NCBI RefSeq assembly: GCF_036971445.1
Contig: NC_091473.1
Coordinates: forward strand, 206,522,001-206,586,000
Reading direction: 5' to 3'
DNA: 64,000 nucleotides
Origin: Narcine bancroftii
Taxonomy: Eukaryota
Position 1 is the first letter of the stretch, and each line of letters opens with the position of its first letter. A program made the position numbers and the translations under genes. Below are positions 13,749-26,589 of the stretch, in pieces. The notes under the pieces are model-generated. The model made no database searches and was not told where the DNA came from. It saw only the letters and a list, made by a program, of their open reading frames with translations.

Positions 13749-14040
13749 CTTTATATAAATATATATGTAGACCTCATTCAGTGCAATTGAAATAGATCCA
13801 ACCTGTTGCTTCGTGACCATGATAACAGCCACGAAGAAGGGAGTCGGTTCATTGTTTCTGCCTATGGATGAAAACGAGGAATTTATGAACTTTACCTAAT
13901 ACAGAGAAATTTAATGTCGCCAATCGTTATGAACAAAGCAGTTGTTTATACCAGCGTGTTTGACAAGTTTTATTCAGATTTTATCAAATGAAGATGCACA
14001 TTGTGCTGCAGCTCGATACAACTTCAAATCCCGGCCGCAG

Positions 14041-14394
14041 TTATTTTCAAATTTAGGATTTCTTTTGTATTTCACTGTGACGTGAGAAGTCGGATAATTA
14101 CACAGAAACCAAGGCCGTGTCACTCGCCTGAATCTCCATTACACTAAGTAATATCCGAAACTAAATGAATTTTTAATTGCACAAGTGAATCAATCACCAA
14201 TATATTTTTAACTATTTATTTGCTAGCAAATTAACATTTCCCTGCGGTTCGATTTGGATTGCTTCGAGATTCTGACATTAGAATACATGACTGAGAGAAA
14301 TTCCGTTGTTATGTTTAACCCCTTTCTGGATGCACAGGCGACTGATCGTTTGAACCAGAAGTGTCTTACTCAGATATAGTGAAAGGACTGACCG
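14041..14394 (-). pseudogene. Degenerate antigen-receptor V segment with RSS heptamer, inverted relative to the intact V
   Basis: On the minus strand: acceptor ccgcag, ..KTISRLCIQK.., then ..GD*FTCAIKNSFSFGY / LSVMEIQASDTAL-xFCVIIRLLT, immediately followed by perfect CACAGTG (14079-14073). The nonamer is poor (tgaaaataa at 23 bp). There are stops and frameshifts. Confidence 0.55.
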
Positions 14395-14539
14395 CTGCGG
14401 CAATTTTGTTTGCAAAATAGCCTATTGATTTGTAAAACCAAATGTTAAGTATATGAACATAGTAAAGAGAATGAAATTTAAATTTAAATGTATAAATACC
14501 TCATGGTAGCAGCCTCGTTTTGACCATTAGCTAAGGACG

Positions 14540-14665
14540 CCAATAACACTCGTTTGACTTACACCCTAGTGCGTTTTGAAGGGTGGAAGAAAAGCGGAAC
14601 CCCGTGGAGAAACCATGCTGACATGTGAGAAGTACAACTCTTTATTCCATATTCCGGCCCCTATC
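14540..14665 (-). mobile_element. SINE fragment (fish/chondrichthyan tRNA-derived SINE type)
   Basis: gaaaagcggaacccgtggagaaaccatgctgacatgtgagaagtacaactc resembles the antisense core of these SINEs. Confidence 0.5.
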
Positions 14666-15214
14666 GCTCGCACTGTAACAATATTGGCCTAACTGCTACA
14701 CCACCCGTTACCCCGATGAATTGAAATTCCATTGCAATCATGGAGATCAGAACGATTGTGTGTGTTACTTTTCTGAGGATAATTTCAAAAATCCTCTCGT
14801 GCAATCTTCTAGAAAGAATAATCGGATATAATACCGAGAGCAACTAATTCATGACCATTGCTAAGGTGTAACGATGGTTGGATGCAGATGTCCGTACACG
14901 TCTCAGAAATCGTGATGCTGACTTCAGAAGAGGAGCTTTAATGACAATAAGATCAGCCAGGGCTGAAATATCCAGAGCAATTTGAAATACAACGTGGCGT
15001 TATGTGTGGTTCTGGTGCCTTGCCTTTGGGAGTGAGTGATCATCTCAAGGTGACATGATTTGATGGTATTCCGATTGCATGTGATAAAATATCTACTGTG
15101 CTGAAGGGTCATATGGGTTGGGCATATTGTTGTGGTCCACTCTTTCAGAGTGAAGCATAAATTCTCATGCTTTACTATCCTCTCTTTGTCTTTGTGCAAT
15201 ATTTGCCTTCCTTC

Positions 15215-15597
15215 TGTGAAAGAAAAATGGTGATCTGCTGAATTGACCTTAACAATGCACAAGTCTACGAAAGAATAACTCCCGATAATATTTCAGTCTG
15301 CTACAGAATATGTCTAGATAACTTTTTTTTGTTTTCTAAGAAACTCTAACCACACTATATTCTTTGAACAACCTTCACTTCCAGGGATGTGATCAACTTC
15401 TTATTATCATTGTAACCAATTCTTCTGACTTTACAAACTAACTTGTTTACTTCACTGCACGAATTCGAGCTGTGCAACTGTGTATTTCAGCGCAGAGCCC
15501 TGGCTATTACAGGGACTGTTCTCCGAGATATCTCGTTTCAATAAATTCTCCTGAAGTTGACTGAAACTCGCGTCCTCGTAGCTATTTCTCCTCCACA
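15215..15597 (+). repeat. ERV 5' LTR
   Basis: TG..CA termini and AATAAA near 15540. Alignable over its length to 21421-21804. Confidence 0.9.
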
Positions 15598-15602
15598 GAT
15601 TC

Positions 15603-15622
15603 TGACGTAGTTGTCAGGATTC
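15603..15622 (+). promoter_or_regulatory. ERV primer-binding site, degenerate tRNA-Ser complement
   Basis: tgacgtagttgtcaggattc versus expected TGGCGTAGTCGGCAGGATTC, a few bases after the LTR's CA. Confidence 0.7.
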
Positions 15623-18600
15623 TCTTATTGCATGAGGATCCACAAAAGAAACGGACCTCAGGAAGGAGGAGAAATTGGAAGTCCTAGCTAAAAGGGGGAC
15701 TTACCGTTTTTTTTCTAGCACAGCTCACAAAGAGCCGCAGCTGTAAAAGGGACAAGCCGCACCAGGAACCTAGCTGAAATAGGGGAGGCACAAGGTAGTT
15801 ACTATTATAAAAGCGAGGACGGAGAAGAGAGCACTGGTGACCGCGCTGCAGATGAATTTTCTGTTAGAGTAAGAGTTGCATTGTTTGCGTGGCGCCTTGT
15901 TTGTGTCTATTTTTCAGCTGCAGGCCCGAAATGGGAAATGAAGTATGTCTCGGTCGAGCAGTGAAAGATGTTCCAGACCCAAGAAAGGAACGAGGACCAC
16001 CGGGACTCCCCAAGGCACCACCAATAAATAAAAGGGTGATAGGACGAAGTCGACAGGCAAAGAAGAATCGGCGACTGGGTGGTAATCCCATAGTACCGCA
16101 AGGATCGCCCGCCGATATTGTAATCAAGGAGACCGGGACATGGAAATGGGTTGTCCCCTTTTCCAGTGACTTGCATGGGTGGTCTCAGGGAGAGTGGCTG
16201 TACGGAGGGAAGTTTAATGTGCAATTCATACAAGACTGTTGTAAAAAAAATAGCGACAATGTAGGAAGGGATCACACATGGGACATTAATTATATGGAAC
16301 AGTGTTTTAATACATGGCTGAAGATCGCAAAGTGACATCAGCCCCTACGCAAAAGAAAAAGAACCAAGGGAGGCAGAACATCCGAATAAGAAGTCTGATG
16401 CACCATCTTCCCAACCACCCCCATATACATCTCAACCGTCAGCTCCCACGCCTACAAATGTTGAAGAAGTGAACCCCCTATATCCTCAATTAGATACGAA
16501 TAATGACTGTGAATTAATAGAAATATTTATGGCTTACACGAATCATCACCTGAAAGCCCTATTGGACACAGGAGTCACCACGACCTCTGCACCATTCTCC
16601 GCGGGTCTTCCCAAAAGTCCCAAAACCGTCACCACCATGGGAGTAGCTGAGATTCCTATGATCGATAAGGTTATTCCAACGATGACAGTGGAGGTGGGGG
16701 GATAATCAAACTGAAGATTTATGTATTACTTTCAAAACTACCCCATTGCCCATACTGGGCCGGAAGGCCCGGTGCAAATTGGGAGACACCATCTATTGCA
16801 CCCCAAAGGAATGTATATGTAACTTCCACAATAACATAACCACCAGATGACACAAGTCACGATGAGCCCAGCAGTAATTATACAACCGGTTGAGACCGTG
16901 CATTACTTCTACAGACTAAGTAACAATCCGTATCAAAACGTTTTGAAGGTACTCCTCGAGGCGATTCGACAAGCCAAAAATGACATTACAAATCAGTTGC
17001 AGTTTTTATTTTAATCATGTGAAAAGAGATACCCTCTGCACTGTATTCTGATATACAATGCAGGTGGAAATAAGGATAATATTGAAAAAAGAGTAGGGAA
17101 GGACGCAAGAGAGAAAAAGCCCCAATTAGTTAAATTTAGAGCCAAGAATTTACTTTGGCGAACAGGGTCTGGCTGGGGGAGTGGAGTTGACGGAACATCA
17201 CAGAGAACACTTTGGGTAATCCGAAGCCTCGCCGCATGTCTCTCTTTGTGTGAAGAAACCATATCACCCGAAAGATTTAGAACCCAACTTAAAGAATACA
17301 CACAAAAATTTAAGAGAGTTGGGATACCCTCCGGAATATCTGCAGTGTCCAGAATAAATCCATTGGCCCACATTGTTCCAAAGGACGAAGGTTCCTCTAC
17401 TGAAGTTGTGTTTGTAGCCCCCGAAAGGGGATAAGTGATGTGGAAAGGTGACACCTGCCAGGCTAATCTAGAAATTTTGCAAAAGCCACTGAAACTGGCT
17501 TTTGGCCAGTGGCGCTAGCAGACTCCCCCACCCCCTTCGTTTGGGCAGTGCATAGAAATCATGTCGGTCATGTCCATTCCGCCGCAGCCTATAGAGTCAC
17601 CTTTGCGGAGGTTCGCATGTATCCAGCAATACTGGGTGCCGATAGAGGCTATTGAAGGAATAAGACCGGTTATAGACGCTCTCCTGGAACAGGGAGTGCT
17701 CTGACCAACCCAAAGCCCGTGTAACACCCCTGTCCTCCCCAGGAGGATGACGCTTCGTGCAGGACCTACGGGCGATAAATTAAATAGTAGTCCCAATCGC
17801 GCCAGTTGTGCCCGATGTTAACATGATCCTCTCCTCTATACCCGCTGAAGCGTCTGTTTTCTCCGTAATCGATCATACACTTCTCCATACACTTCTTCTC
17901 CATACACTTGCATAAAGACAAACAGTAATTTTTGCCTTCATCTGTGAGGTGCAACAATATACCTGGACTAGGTTACCCCAAGGGTTTACAGAACGTCATG
18001 CCGCAGTTAAAAAAGACTTGGAGGAATTTTACCCTGCAGAAGGCACCACATTTATTCAGTTTGTGGGCGATATACTACTAGCCTCCGTTACTGGCTTGCA
18101 GAACGTGAAAGACACTGTTAAATTGCTGTTTTGTTTTGGTCAGACAGAGAACACAGAGTGTCCCTGAATTGCAATTTGCCCAGATAAAGGTATGCTATTT
18201 CGAGTTGACAGTGGAGAAAGATCTGTGGCGAATTGGGACAGAAAGGAGAAGAGCTATTTTGCAACTTCCATATCCAAATACCAAAAATGAACTGTTGACC
18301 TTCCTCGGCGTGGTAGAATATTGCTGGCAATGGATAATGGAATATCGAGTGTGGAACGCCCTCCTGAGAAAGGCAACAGCTAGGGAGATACCTGACGAAA
18401 TCAGCTGGGACCACGAAATGAAGGAAGCCTTTCTAACGTTACAAATGGCTATAATTGCAGCGTTTGTCTTGGGACTGCCCAGTTACTCGCTCCCGTTCTT
18501 CCTTTATGTAGCTGAAAAGAAGGGTATGCTACGGCCGTGATGGCACAGGAACATGGAGGTCAAAAGAGACCGATAGCCTATTACTCCTTGTTACTGCCTG

Positions 18601-21420
18601 TGGTGGTACAAGGAATTCCACCTGCCTGTGCGCCTTGACCGCTGCTTTAACCATGGTAGAGAAATCAGTGCCCTAGGTGCAGGATCATCCTTACACTGTA
18701 ATCACTTCCCACACCGTCATGTTGCTGCTTAATACGACAGCAATCCATCACTTTAGCCTCTCGTCGTACTGGGTATGAGGTAACCATGCTGAACCGACCT
18801 AACTACAACTATAAACGAGCAACATCGCTGAACCCTGCAACCTTCCTGCCCGTCGCCAATTCCGAGCGAGACCCCGGAGATCCGGAGGATCTAAATCATG
18901 ATAGTGTATTGACAGTCGAGATGGCAACCTATCCCCGTGTTGACCTAACCTCTACACCACTCGACGAGTTAGATTGAACGCTGAAAAGAGACGGCTCTTC
19001 GTGCCGCCCTTGTGATGACCCTCTCCTGCCGGGAAAACCATCGTGACATCTGAATAATTTCTAGAAGTTTTCGCCCTCCCCGAGGGGACCTCAGACCAGC
19101 CAGCTGAACCTTTTGCCCAGATTCTTGCCTCTGCTCTTTCCACCGATAAATGTGCTAACATTTATATTGATTCGCAATATTCCTTTGGCGTGATTTACGA
19201 CTTCAGCGAGATCTGGAAGAATAGAGGGTTTATTACGACAAGTGGAAAGAAATAAAACATTCCCGATTAATTCTGCAACTCATCGATGTAGTTCAACTCC
19301 CTAGAAAATTGGCTACTTTCAAGTGCCAAGCACATACGGGGGGCAGAGGATGAGGTTTCTAGAGGCAATGACCTTGCAGACATGACTGCAAAGCGAGTTA
19401 GCAAAGCCCAAGAACCTAGACTACTTTTGGTCCTACCCTAATTTACTGGGCTGATGCTTAAGCCAATCCACATTGATCTGTTACAAGAGGCCCAAAGCAA
19501 TGGTAGAGTACAAGAAAAAAGTGATTGGGAGAAAGCCGGTGCTGTACCATGAGATGGTATATGGACTCACCCTGATGGTCGGCCCATTTGCCCTAGATCT
19601 CTCTTTATACCTTTGGTCCGCCTAACACACGGGCCAGCACGCTTGGGAAAGGGGGATGCAACATGCTATTAATGTTCAGTTGTTTTCTCCAAGCATTATT
19701 ACCGTTATATAAAAAACAAGTGAGTGGATGTATGGTATATACATATACAAAATAACAGAGGAAAGACCCCTGCAAAATTTGATCACCTACCAGAGACAGA
19801 AATGCCATTTGATAACCTTCAGATTGATTTTTTTCCACATGCCGAAATATCAGGCCTGCAAATAACTCTTGGTGCTGATTGACATGTTTTCACGATGGGT
19901 GGTACCTTTCCCTACAAGGAGGGATGATGCCAGAAGAGTTGTGAAGCTATTGACGAGAGACATCATCCCCAGGTATGGGATACCCATGGAGATTAATAGT
20001 GATAGGGGAACCCATTTTATGAGTAAAGTCACCAACGCCCTGGCCGGAAGTATATGAATAGACTGGAAATTACATATTCCCTACCAACCCCAGACCTTAG
20101 GGATGGTGGAACGAGTGAACGGTGAAATTAAGATAACATTGAAGAGAACTTTCCAGGATACTGAGCTACCCTGGACAGATGCCTTCCCTTTGACCCGGTA
20201 TATGTTGCGAAATCGCCAAAACCGTGCAACAAATCTATCTCTCCATGAGATCTTAATGGGAAGACCGATGTCTACGGGTGCCCGACCACTTGTAATGCCG
20301 AGTGAAGCGGCAGGGATCTGGGACAGATGAAAGAACGCTAAAATATGCCCAAATATTGTGCAAAGAAGCAAGTAAACATTATAAAACTATAAAGGAAACA
20401 CAGGTGCCCCTGCTGGAAGGCAACACCCATCTCTTCCAGCCAGGAGATTGGGTATGAATAAAGTCCTTAAAGAAGGAATTGTTTTCTCCTAGGTGGAAAG
20501 GACCATACCAGATTCTGTTGACAACATGAACAACGGAGAAGTTGGATAAGCCTCCTTATAGGGTCCACGCAACCCAGTACCATCCCTACCTACCAGAGGA
20601 AGAAAAGGAGCAAGGACCCCACTGAAGATGGGCTACTTTTTATGTTGTATATTCTTGTGCCTTAGCTATGCGATTGATATAATAGCTTCAAGTGCATTTC
20701 TCAACCCAGTCCCTACCGTAATATGAAAATATGCTGCTTTATTTCCACTGACTCATTGCTATGTAGTACCCCTTCGTGAATAGTATCCTCCTATCATCAG
20801 AAACGCTTATATTGTATGCGACAAACAATTTAGAAGGGAGAGTATCTTGAGAAATGTAAGGGATGGTAGAATTGCTGGAACTAAACTGTACCACCCACGG
20901 AATCAAGTACCCTATACCTTTTCTCACTGGCTGCCAATTCCTCTACAAACCCCAGCCCAGACAGTACGGAATGCATATGCAATGCGAAAATGACATGATG
21001 AATTGCGCTAGGAGACAGATCCAGGCAGAAGTGCGGGTCCTCATGTAGCGGGGCCATGGTATGCAACTCCTCGTGGAGTGGTACGCCAGCACCCATCTGC
21101 TATGGAAACTTGATCTTTCAACCAACTGAACAGGATAGGGAGAACTGGAATGATTGGTGGTCACAATGTTGGGAGACCAAGATGGAGAAGCCCAAGGGTC
21201 AAAGGGAATTCCTATGTACCGTTTTGGCATTACTGATCACGACACCCCAAACTCCGATTGAATCTACTGTCCCACCTACCTTCCCGGATCATGAGGACCC
21301 GTAAGGGGACGTGGCAGATGAGAGATCAAAATAACAATGCAGAGAGCGTGCAGATGCGCCTTTTACCCGAAGGGTATAACCCTCCATTTCCTGTAGATCC
21401 TTGATCTACAAGGAGGGAAT

Positions 21421-21804
21421 TGTGGAAGAAAAATGATCAACAGCTGAATTGACCTTAACAAGGTGCAAGTCTGCTAAAGAATAGCTCCAGGTAACATTTA
21501 AGTCTGCAACAGCCTATCTCTAGATAATTGTCTTTGTTTTCTAAGAAACTTTAACCCCACAATGTTCTTTGAACGACCTTCACTTTGCAGTATGTGATCA
21601 ATTTCTTATAATCTTTGTAACCCATTCTTATGACTTTACAAGCTAACTTGTTTACTTCACTGTATAACTTCAAGCTGTGCAACTGTATAGTTCAGAGCGG
21701 AGGCCAGGCTGTTACAGGGACTGCTCTCTGAGATACCTTGTTTCACTAAACTCTCCTGAAGTTGACTCTGAAGATCGAGTCCTCGTAGTTATTTCTTCTC
21801 GACA
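21421..21804 (+). repeat. ERV 3' LTR
   Basis: Follows the polypurine tract, has TG..CA termini and is homologous to the 5' LTR. Confidence 0.9.
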
Positions 21805-24539
21805 CTACTCTAATTTCCTGTAAAGCTTGTGACTATCCATAATAAAAAAAATTCACCATCGGATGTATTGGCTCGGTTGTTATGCCAGATCAAAGAGGAA
21901 TTAAATAACTCTTTCGAATATATCCTGAATATAAAGTAATAAAGATGCTGATATATAGTTACAGATATGAACATTTCTGTTGTTCTTCCAGACACATAAT
22001 GCGAAGCTGACTCAACTGCCCTCAAGGACGAGCAAGAGGCCTGCAGTCACTAGCAAGCTTCCTCGCAGTTGTGGACCAGCGTTCCTCGGGCCGAAGATGG
22101 TCCCAAACTATCTAAATTTGGAGTTCTCCAACCTCCCCTCCAAAAACTGATGAGATTACCCTTCAAGAAGTTCCTATTGTCGACGTGAGGGGCAAGGAAA
22201 CGCTCACAAACATAAACTGTTGCGATCGCATCATGATTTCCACCAGAATTTGTTTAGTAAGCATAAGGCACAGTTTGCTATTTATCATAGAATGATTTCT
22301 CATCAAGGCAGAAACAGTTGTCGTTATGGAAACATTGTCACTGGACATTGTAGCTTAACAAAGCACCTTCCAAGTATAGGCTTTGTAATTGATTCTTTAC
22401 TGGAAAGCTGAGCTCTGTTACCTGCTAAAGATCCAAGCACATTGAAGATACAATATATAAAAATACCATAATTGATCAAACAATAGTACAATAAAATGGT
22501 ATACATTTTGTTTCACTTTACAATGAATGTGTTTCGCCAGCTCACCGCCAACCACTGACAGAAACATATATTTCATGGGGTGGACGTTTCAGGAGATTTT
22601 ATTTAAAATCTCAAATTGGCTAACTTTCAGTCCCGATCCTTCCTGGATATCGTTACACTGATTGAACTCATGCAGTCGTGGCACCCTTTTAAAAAGAGCG
22701 CGAGTAGGAAGTATATCCTAGTGTCAAAATCTAGCCCCGTTAAAAAAATGCGTCCCGAGTACACCCTATATATGCTCACCTGCCTTCACCCTGCCCCACG
22801 ACAGGATACTACGGTGGCAGGCATCTGGATTCTGAGGTTAGGGAGCACCTAAGCGTGAGTCCAAGATGGGGGATGGGCAAGCCACGATAAGGCTCTAACA
22901 CCTGACGGATTACCTTTCATTCATGCTCGCAGACGTTAATAGTAAATGTGCTCACATTTGCCAGCAAAGCCGGAGGAATATTGCATGCGAATTGGTGACC
23001 AGACAAATTTATCTCCCCTCACCTCTGACACTTGGGAGCAACTGCCACAACATCCTGCTCCATCGGAAATACAGCGACCTTGTTTGTTGGTTGGTGAGCG
23101 GGGTTGGGGGAAGCAGGTGAGGCGTTCTCATTAAAATTGATTCTATGCCTTGACCATAGTATGGAAAGTACTTGTATATATACTGATCCACTTGATTAGT
23201 ACAGTTTAATTTTTAACACGTCTTTTGTTCATTTTAATGTATCTCTTTATAGCAATAGCAGAGAGTTATTTATTGCCTTTACAGTGATTGGCTCAGTTTC
23301 ATTCTTAATGTGGCATTTTGGTTTTTAAATATTTTCTCTTTTATTAAAATTATAACATATTCATAGGGTTAGTGATTGTCTTCACAGTAATTTCAGAGAA
23401 ATATTACTTCCGATGGGTGAAATATTGTGTGTGGAGTAAATATTACCTGTTACTATTTCTGCAACGTGAGTATATCGGTGATCACACGTCCTCCTTGTCT
23501 GAGGCTCATTCAAAAGTCACATCGTCTGCCAATCAAGGTTGGAGTCCTACCATTAATTAGTGTACACCTTGCCATTCGCCTTTGCACTTAATCTTAGGTC
23601 ATTTAGCTTTGCCATGGACTTAATATTTTTGACACCGAGCCAAGGGTTTCCATTAGGTTGCCAGTGATGAATCCTTCAGCATTCCTGTACTTGTCCTTGT
23701 GTCATTGGCTATTGTAATCGATTAGTCATTGGTGGCGCCGAAACATTGCCCTCCTCTAAATTACCTGGGATGGACCCTCCATCCAGAACAATAAATGTGT
23801 CACGTGTGCTCGGTCCTCCCTCTTTTCCATCTTCAAGGGGCCATCCTGATACACTCCAGGTCGAGTATTGTGGAATGACGCTGGAAATTCGTTTGTGAGA
23901 AGTGCACTAATTGTATTAGTTAGTTTTTCTAGTAGCATACAGCAGTGCCTGCTCTGTGTCAGGGAGTGGCGAGTACAGTCTTGTTATTTTCCTTAATTGT
24001 ACGTACTGAGTACGTTGATATATCCCCGCTACGATCTTCCCACATTTATCTTCTATAAATTGTGCACATGTGTTCTATTCCCGGTGATTATCTACAAATT
24101 CAGCGCTATATGTTCTATTACCCTTAACATTTTCACACACTCTTTTATGTCGGCAAATTAAAGATAGGCATTGGTCCAACAGATGGTGCATGAATCCGAA
24201 TTCGCTGGACATTCATTCCGTTTTGCCTCCGCTATTGCTTGTGAATTAGCATTCATATGTATCACTTCGGAGATATTTTACAATCACGGCAGCTGAGTGC
24301 AGATAAAAAAAAAGCCACTCAGTTAAAATATATATTTGCGGGATCCTGAGCAAGATTAAATGGATGTTTTCATTCATACTCACTCCAATTTATTTTATTT
24401 AGTGATTTCATCAAACGATACATTTCTTCGAAGGTTGTTTTTTCTGCAGAATAAGAGGCAACACTGTGAGAATCTCGTAAGAGTTTGAAACAATCGGCCA
24501 TTGGAAAACTGAGGGTGATCCTAAAAGCCAAAGTATCCG

Positions 24540-26020
24540 CAATTCAAAGATAGCAGGAAATACAAAAGAAAGATTTGGGGGAATTTGGCGAAGTCCTGAT
24601 CATGCAGACGCAGGCATTGGGGGGTTTATTCAAACTAACACGCATGTCCAAAAGACTCCGTTCCTTACCATCCTGCCACCAACGTACAATCCTTGGAAAA
24701 TAATGTAGATGAACTGAGAGTCAAATTAAAGCAGCAGATGAATATCGGAAAATGTTGTGTGATGGGCTTCACCGAAACATTGCTGAACAAGAACATGCCA
24801 GCCAGAACTCTACAGATGAGGCGAAACCCTACCTTAGGTACTAGAAAATCCGGCATCAGCAAAATCCGGCATCAGCAAAACCGGTCGAGGCAACGTTTTC
24901 TTCACCATCTTCGAAGTGCATCAGTACGTCGGTAATGTCCCAGTTCTGCTACCCTGAGCTGAAATATCTTGCAATGACACTTCATATTTCTATTCGCTGA
25001 GGCAGTGAATCGTCAACATTCTGGTCAGAGTATACTTTGCGCCCAGGATAAAATCAAGCCAGCACCGGAGGGACTGTGCAATGTGATCAGCAGCCACGAG
25101 GGTCACAATCTGATGGTTTCCCTATCATTTCAGGGAAACAAGGGGATGGAGTTCCAGTGAAAATATAGTCGAGGAAGGCATGATAGCTTTGAATCGGTTC
25201 ACTGGATATCCTCAAACTTGAATGTGTTTGCCACGGCGGCCATCGATCTCATAAAAATCTGCATGGGACGGTGTGTTCCCACACGTACATACTGGGAACA
25301 TCCCAATCAGAATATGTATTCGCAATCTGTTGTGTCCAAGATCGTTTCCGTTCAAATCTAGTGTTTAAGATCGCTAAAGGAAGTGCACACAACCCGCAGA
25401 AGTGCATCATAGCAGTTTAGATAAAATTCCAAGAGAAGCTAGAGATATATTTGCTAACTATGTCATTTATTGCAGGACATGACATTCGACCAGACGAGAC
25501 AGAAGACTGGAAATAGCTGTTATCCTTAATTATGCGATTAATTTAATACATGTTATGCTCGCTTGGAGAAGGATAACTCAACTATAGCTTTGTCAATCCG
25601 TGCAGAACTTGATGACCTCTCCGAGGTCAGCTCAGAACTCGCCAGTGGCTATACTTTATCAGGTGTCTGAGGAGATATGCTATGTCACCAAATATTATTG
25701 CAAACGTCTACATGTGTAACCAGGCGAGGGTTCGGACTGGTTGAATCACGGTGTGGCATGGACATGAAAAAGGACAGAAGAAGTCTACAGAGATCTGTGA
25801 ATCAAGCCAGCGCCATCACGGAACTCAGTCTCCTCTCCAAGGAGGACATCATCAAAAGGTGGTGTCTTGAAAGATCAGCTTCTATACTCAAGGTCCCTCA
25901 CCTCTCAGACTGTGTCCGCTTCACTCTCCTGACATCGGGTATGGGGAATAGGAGAATGACGACGATCATTTAATGGCATAAGAATGGCTTCTTGTCCTCT
26001 ATAAATATATTTCTGAACAA
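24540..26020 (+). mobile_element. Decayed Rex1/Babar LINE (EN start plus 3' end, internally deleted)
   Basis: EN start NVQSLENNVDELR..CCVMGFTET. The 3' end has DRRSLQRSVNQASAIT..CLERSASILKVPH. Confidence 0.7.
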
Positions 26021-26589
26021 TAGGCACTTCCTCACTCAGTATTACATAGGCAATAATTTAGCAAGCATTGTGGCTCAGAAGTTAACTTTTTAAAATGTAA
26101 AAAGGTGTTTGTATTTCTACGTCTGTTTAATCACACAGATGAATTAGTGATATATTGGCCAGCAAACCCTGACATGAATTTCCTCAAGAGCAACAATTGT
26201 GACAAAATAAACCGTTAATGAATGCGGAGTTCAAAACACATTTGAATTAGAACATTACGTCACCTGGCAGGAGCATATATAGAAAGCAGACCTGCATCAT
26301 TAAATATGGTGTTACTGAGCTATTCAGTAAAATATGGCGTCTAAAAGCGCAAGATCCCCAAACTCAATTATGTATTTTTGATTAAATTGGACGGCACAGT
26401 TAGCATAGCAGTTAACATAAAGCTATTACTGAAACCGACTGGAAGTTAAGGGACAATTGAGTATAATTGGGCGGCATGGGCTTGGGTGCAGAAATGGTCT
26501 TTTACCCCAGAATCAAAATCAGAATCAGAATCTATTTTCATGCTCAAGTCATGAAATTTAGTGTTGTCAAATACAGTGCTGCGTGTCTG

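Larger units (their letters stand above)
15215..21804 (+). mobile_element. Endogenous retrovirus provirus (class I, epsilon-like), two LTRs, defective gag-pro-pol
   Basis: Paired LTRs, PBS, PPT aaggagggaat (21410-21420) and 4-bp TSD cttc/ctac. Gag has PPPY, PSAP and LYPQL; protease LLDTG (about 16560); RT QYTWTRLPQGF and FVGD (from YVDD). RNase H has DGS..DSQYSFG..KCQAH; integrase has LIDMFSRW..INSDRGTHF..GMVERVN. Confidence 0.92.

Noticed and set aside
23380-23480. CACAGTA plus ..gttactatttctgcaac|gtgagt as a D/J pair
   Set aside because: The donor is good, but there is no GxG motif or nonamer, so it is indistinguishable from chance.
24430-24540. CACTGTG at 24462 as a J-segment RSS
   Set aside because: There is no acceptable nonamer at 12 or 23 bp and no clean FGxG motif, and it is adjacent to a Rex1 5' region.
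24845-24885. 16-bp direct repeat aaaatccggcatcagc x2 as a CRISPR-like or regulatory array
   Set aside because: Only two adjacent units with no spacers, inside a decayed LINE; simple slippage duplication. The same applies to the short repeat at about 17875-17910.
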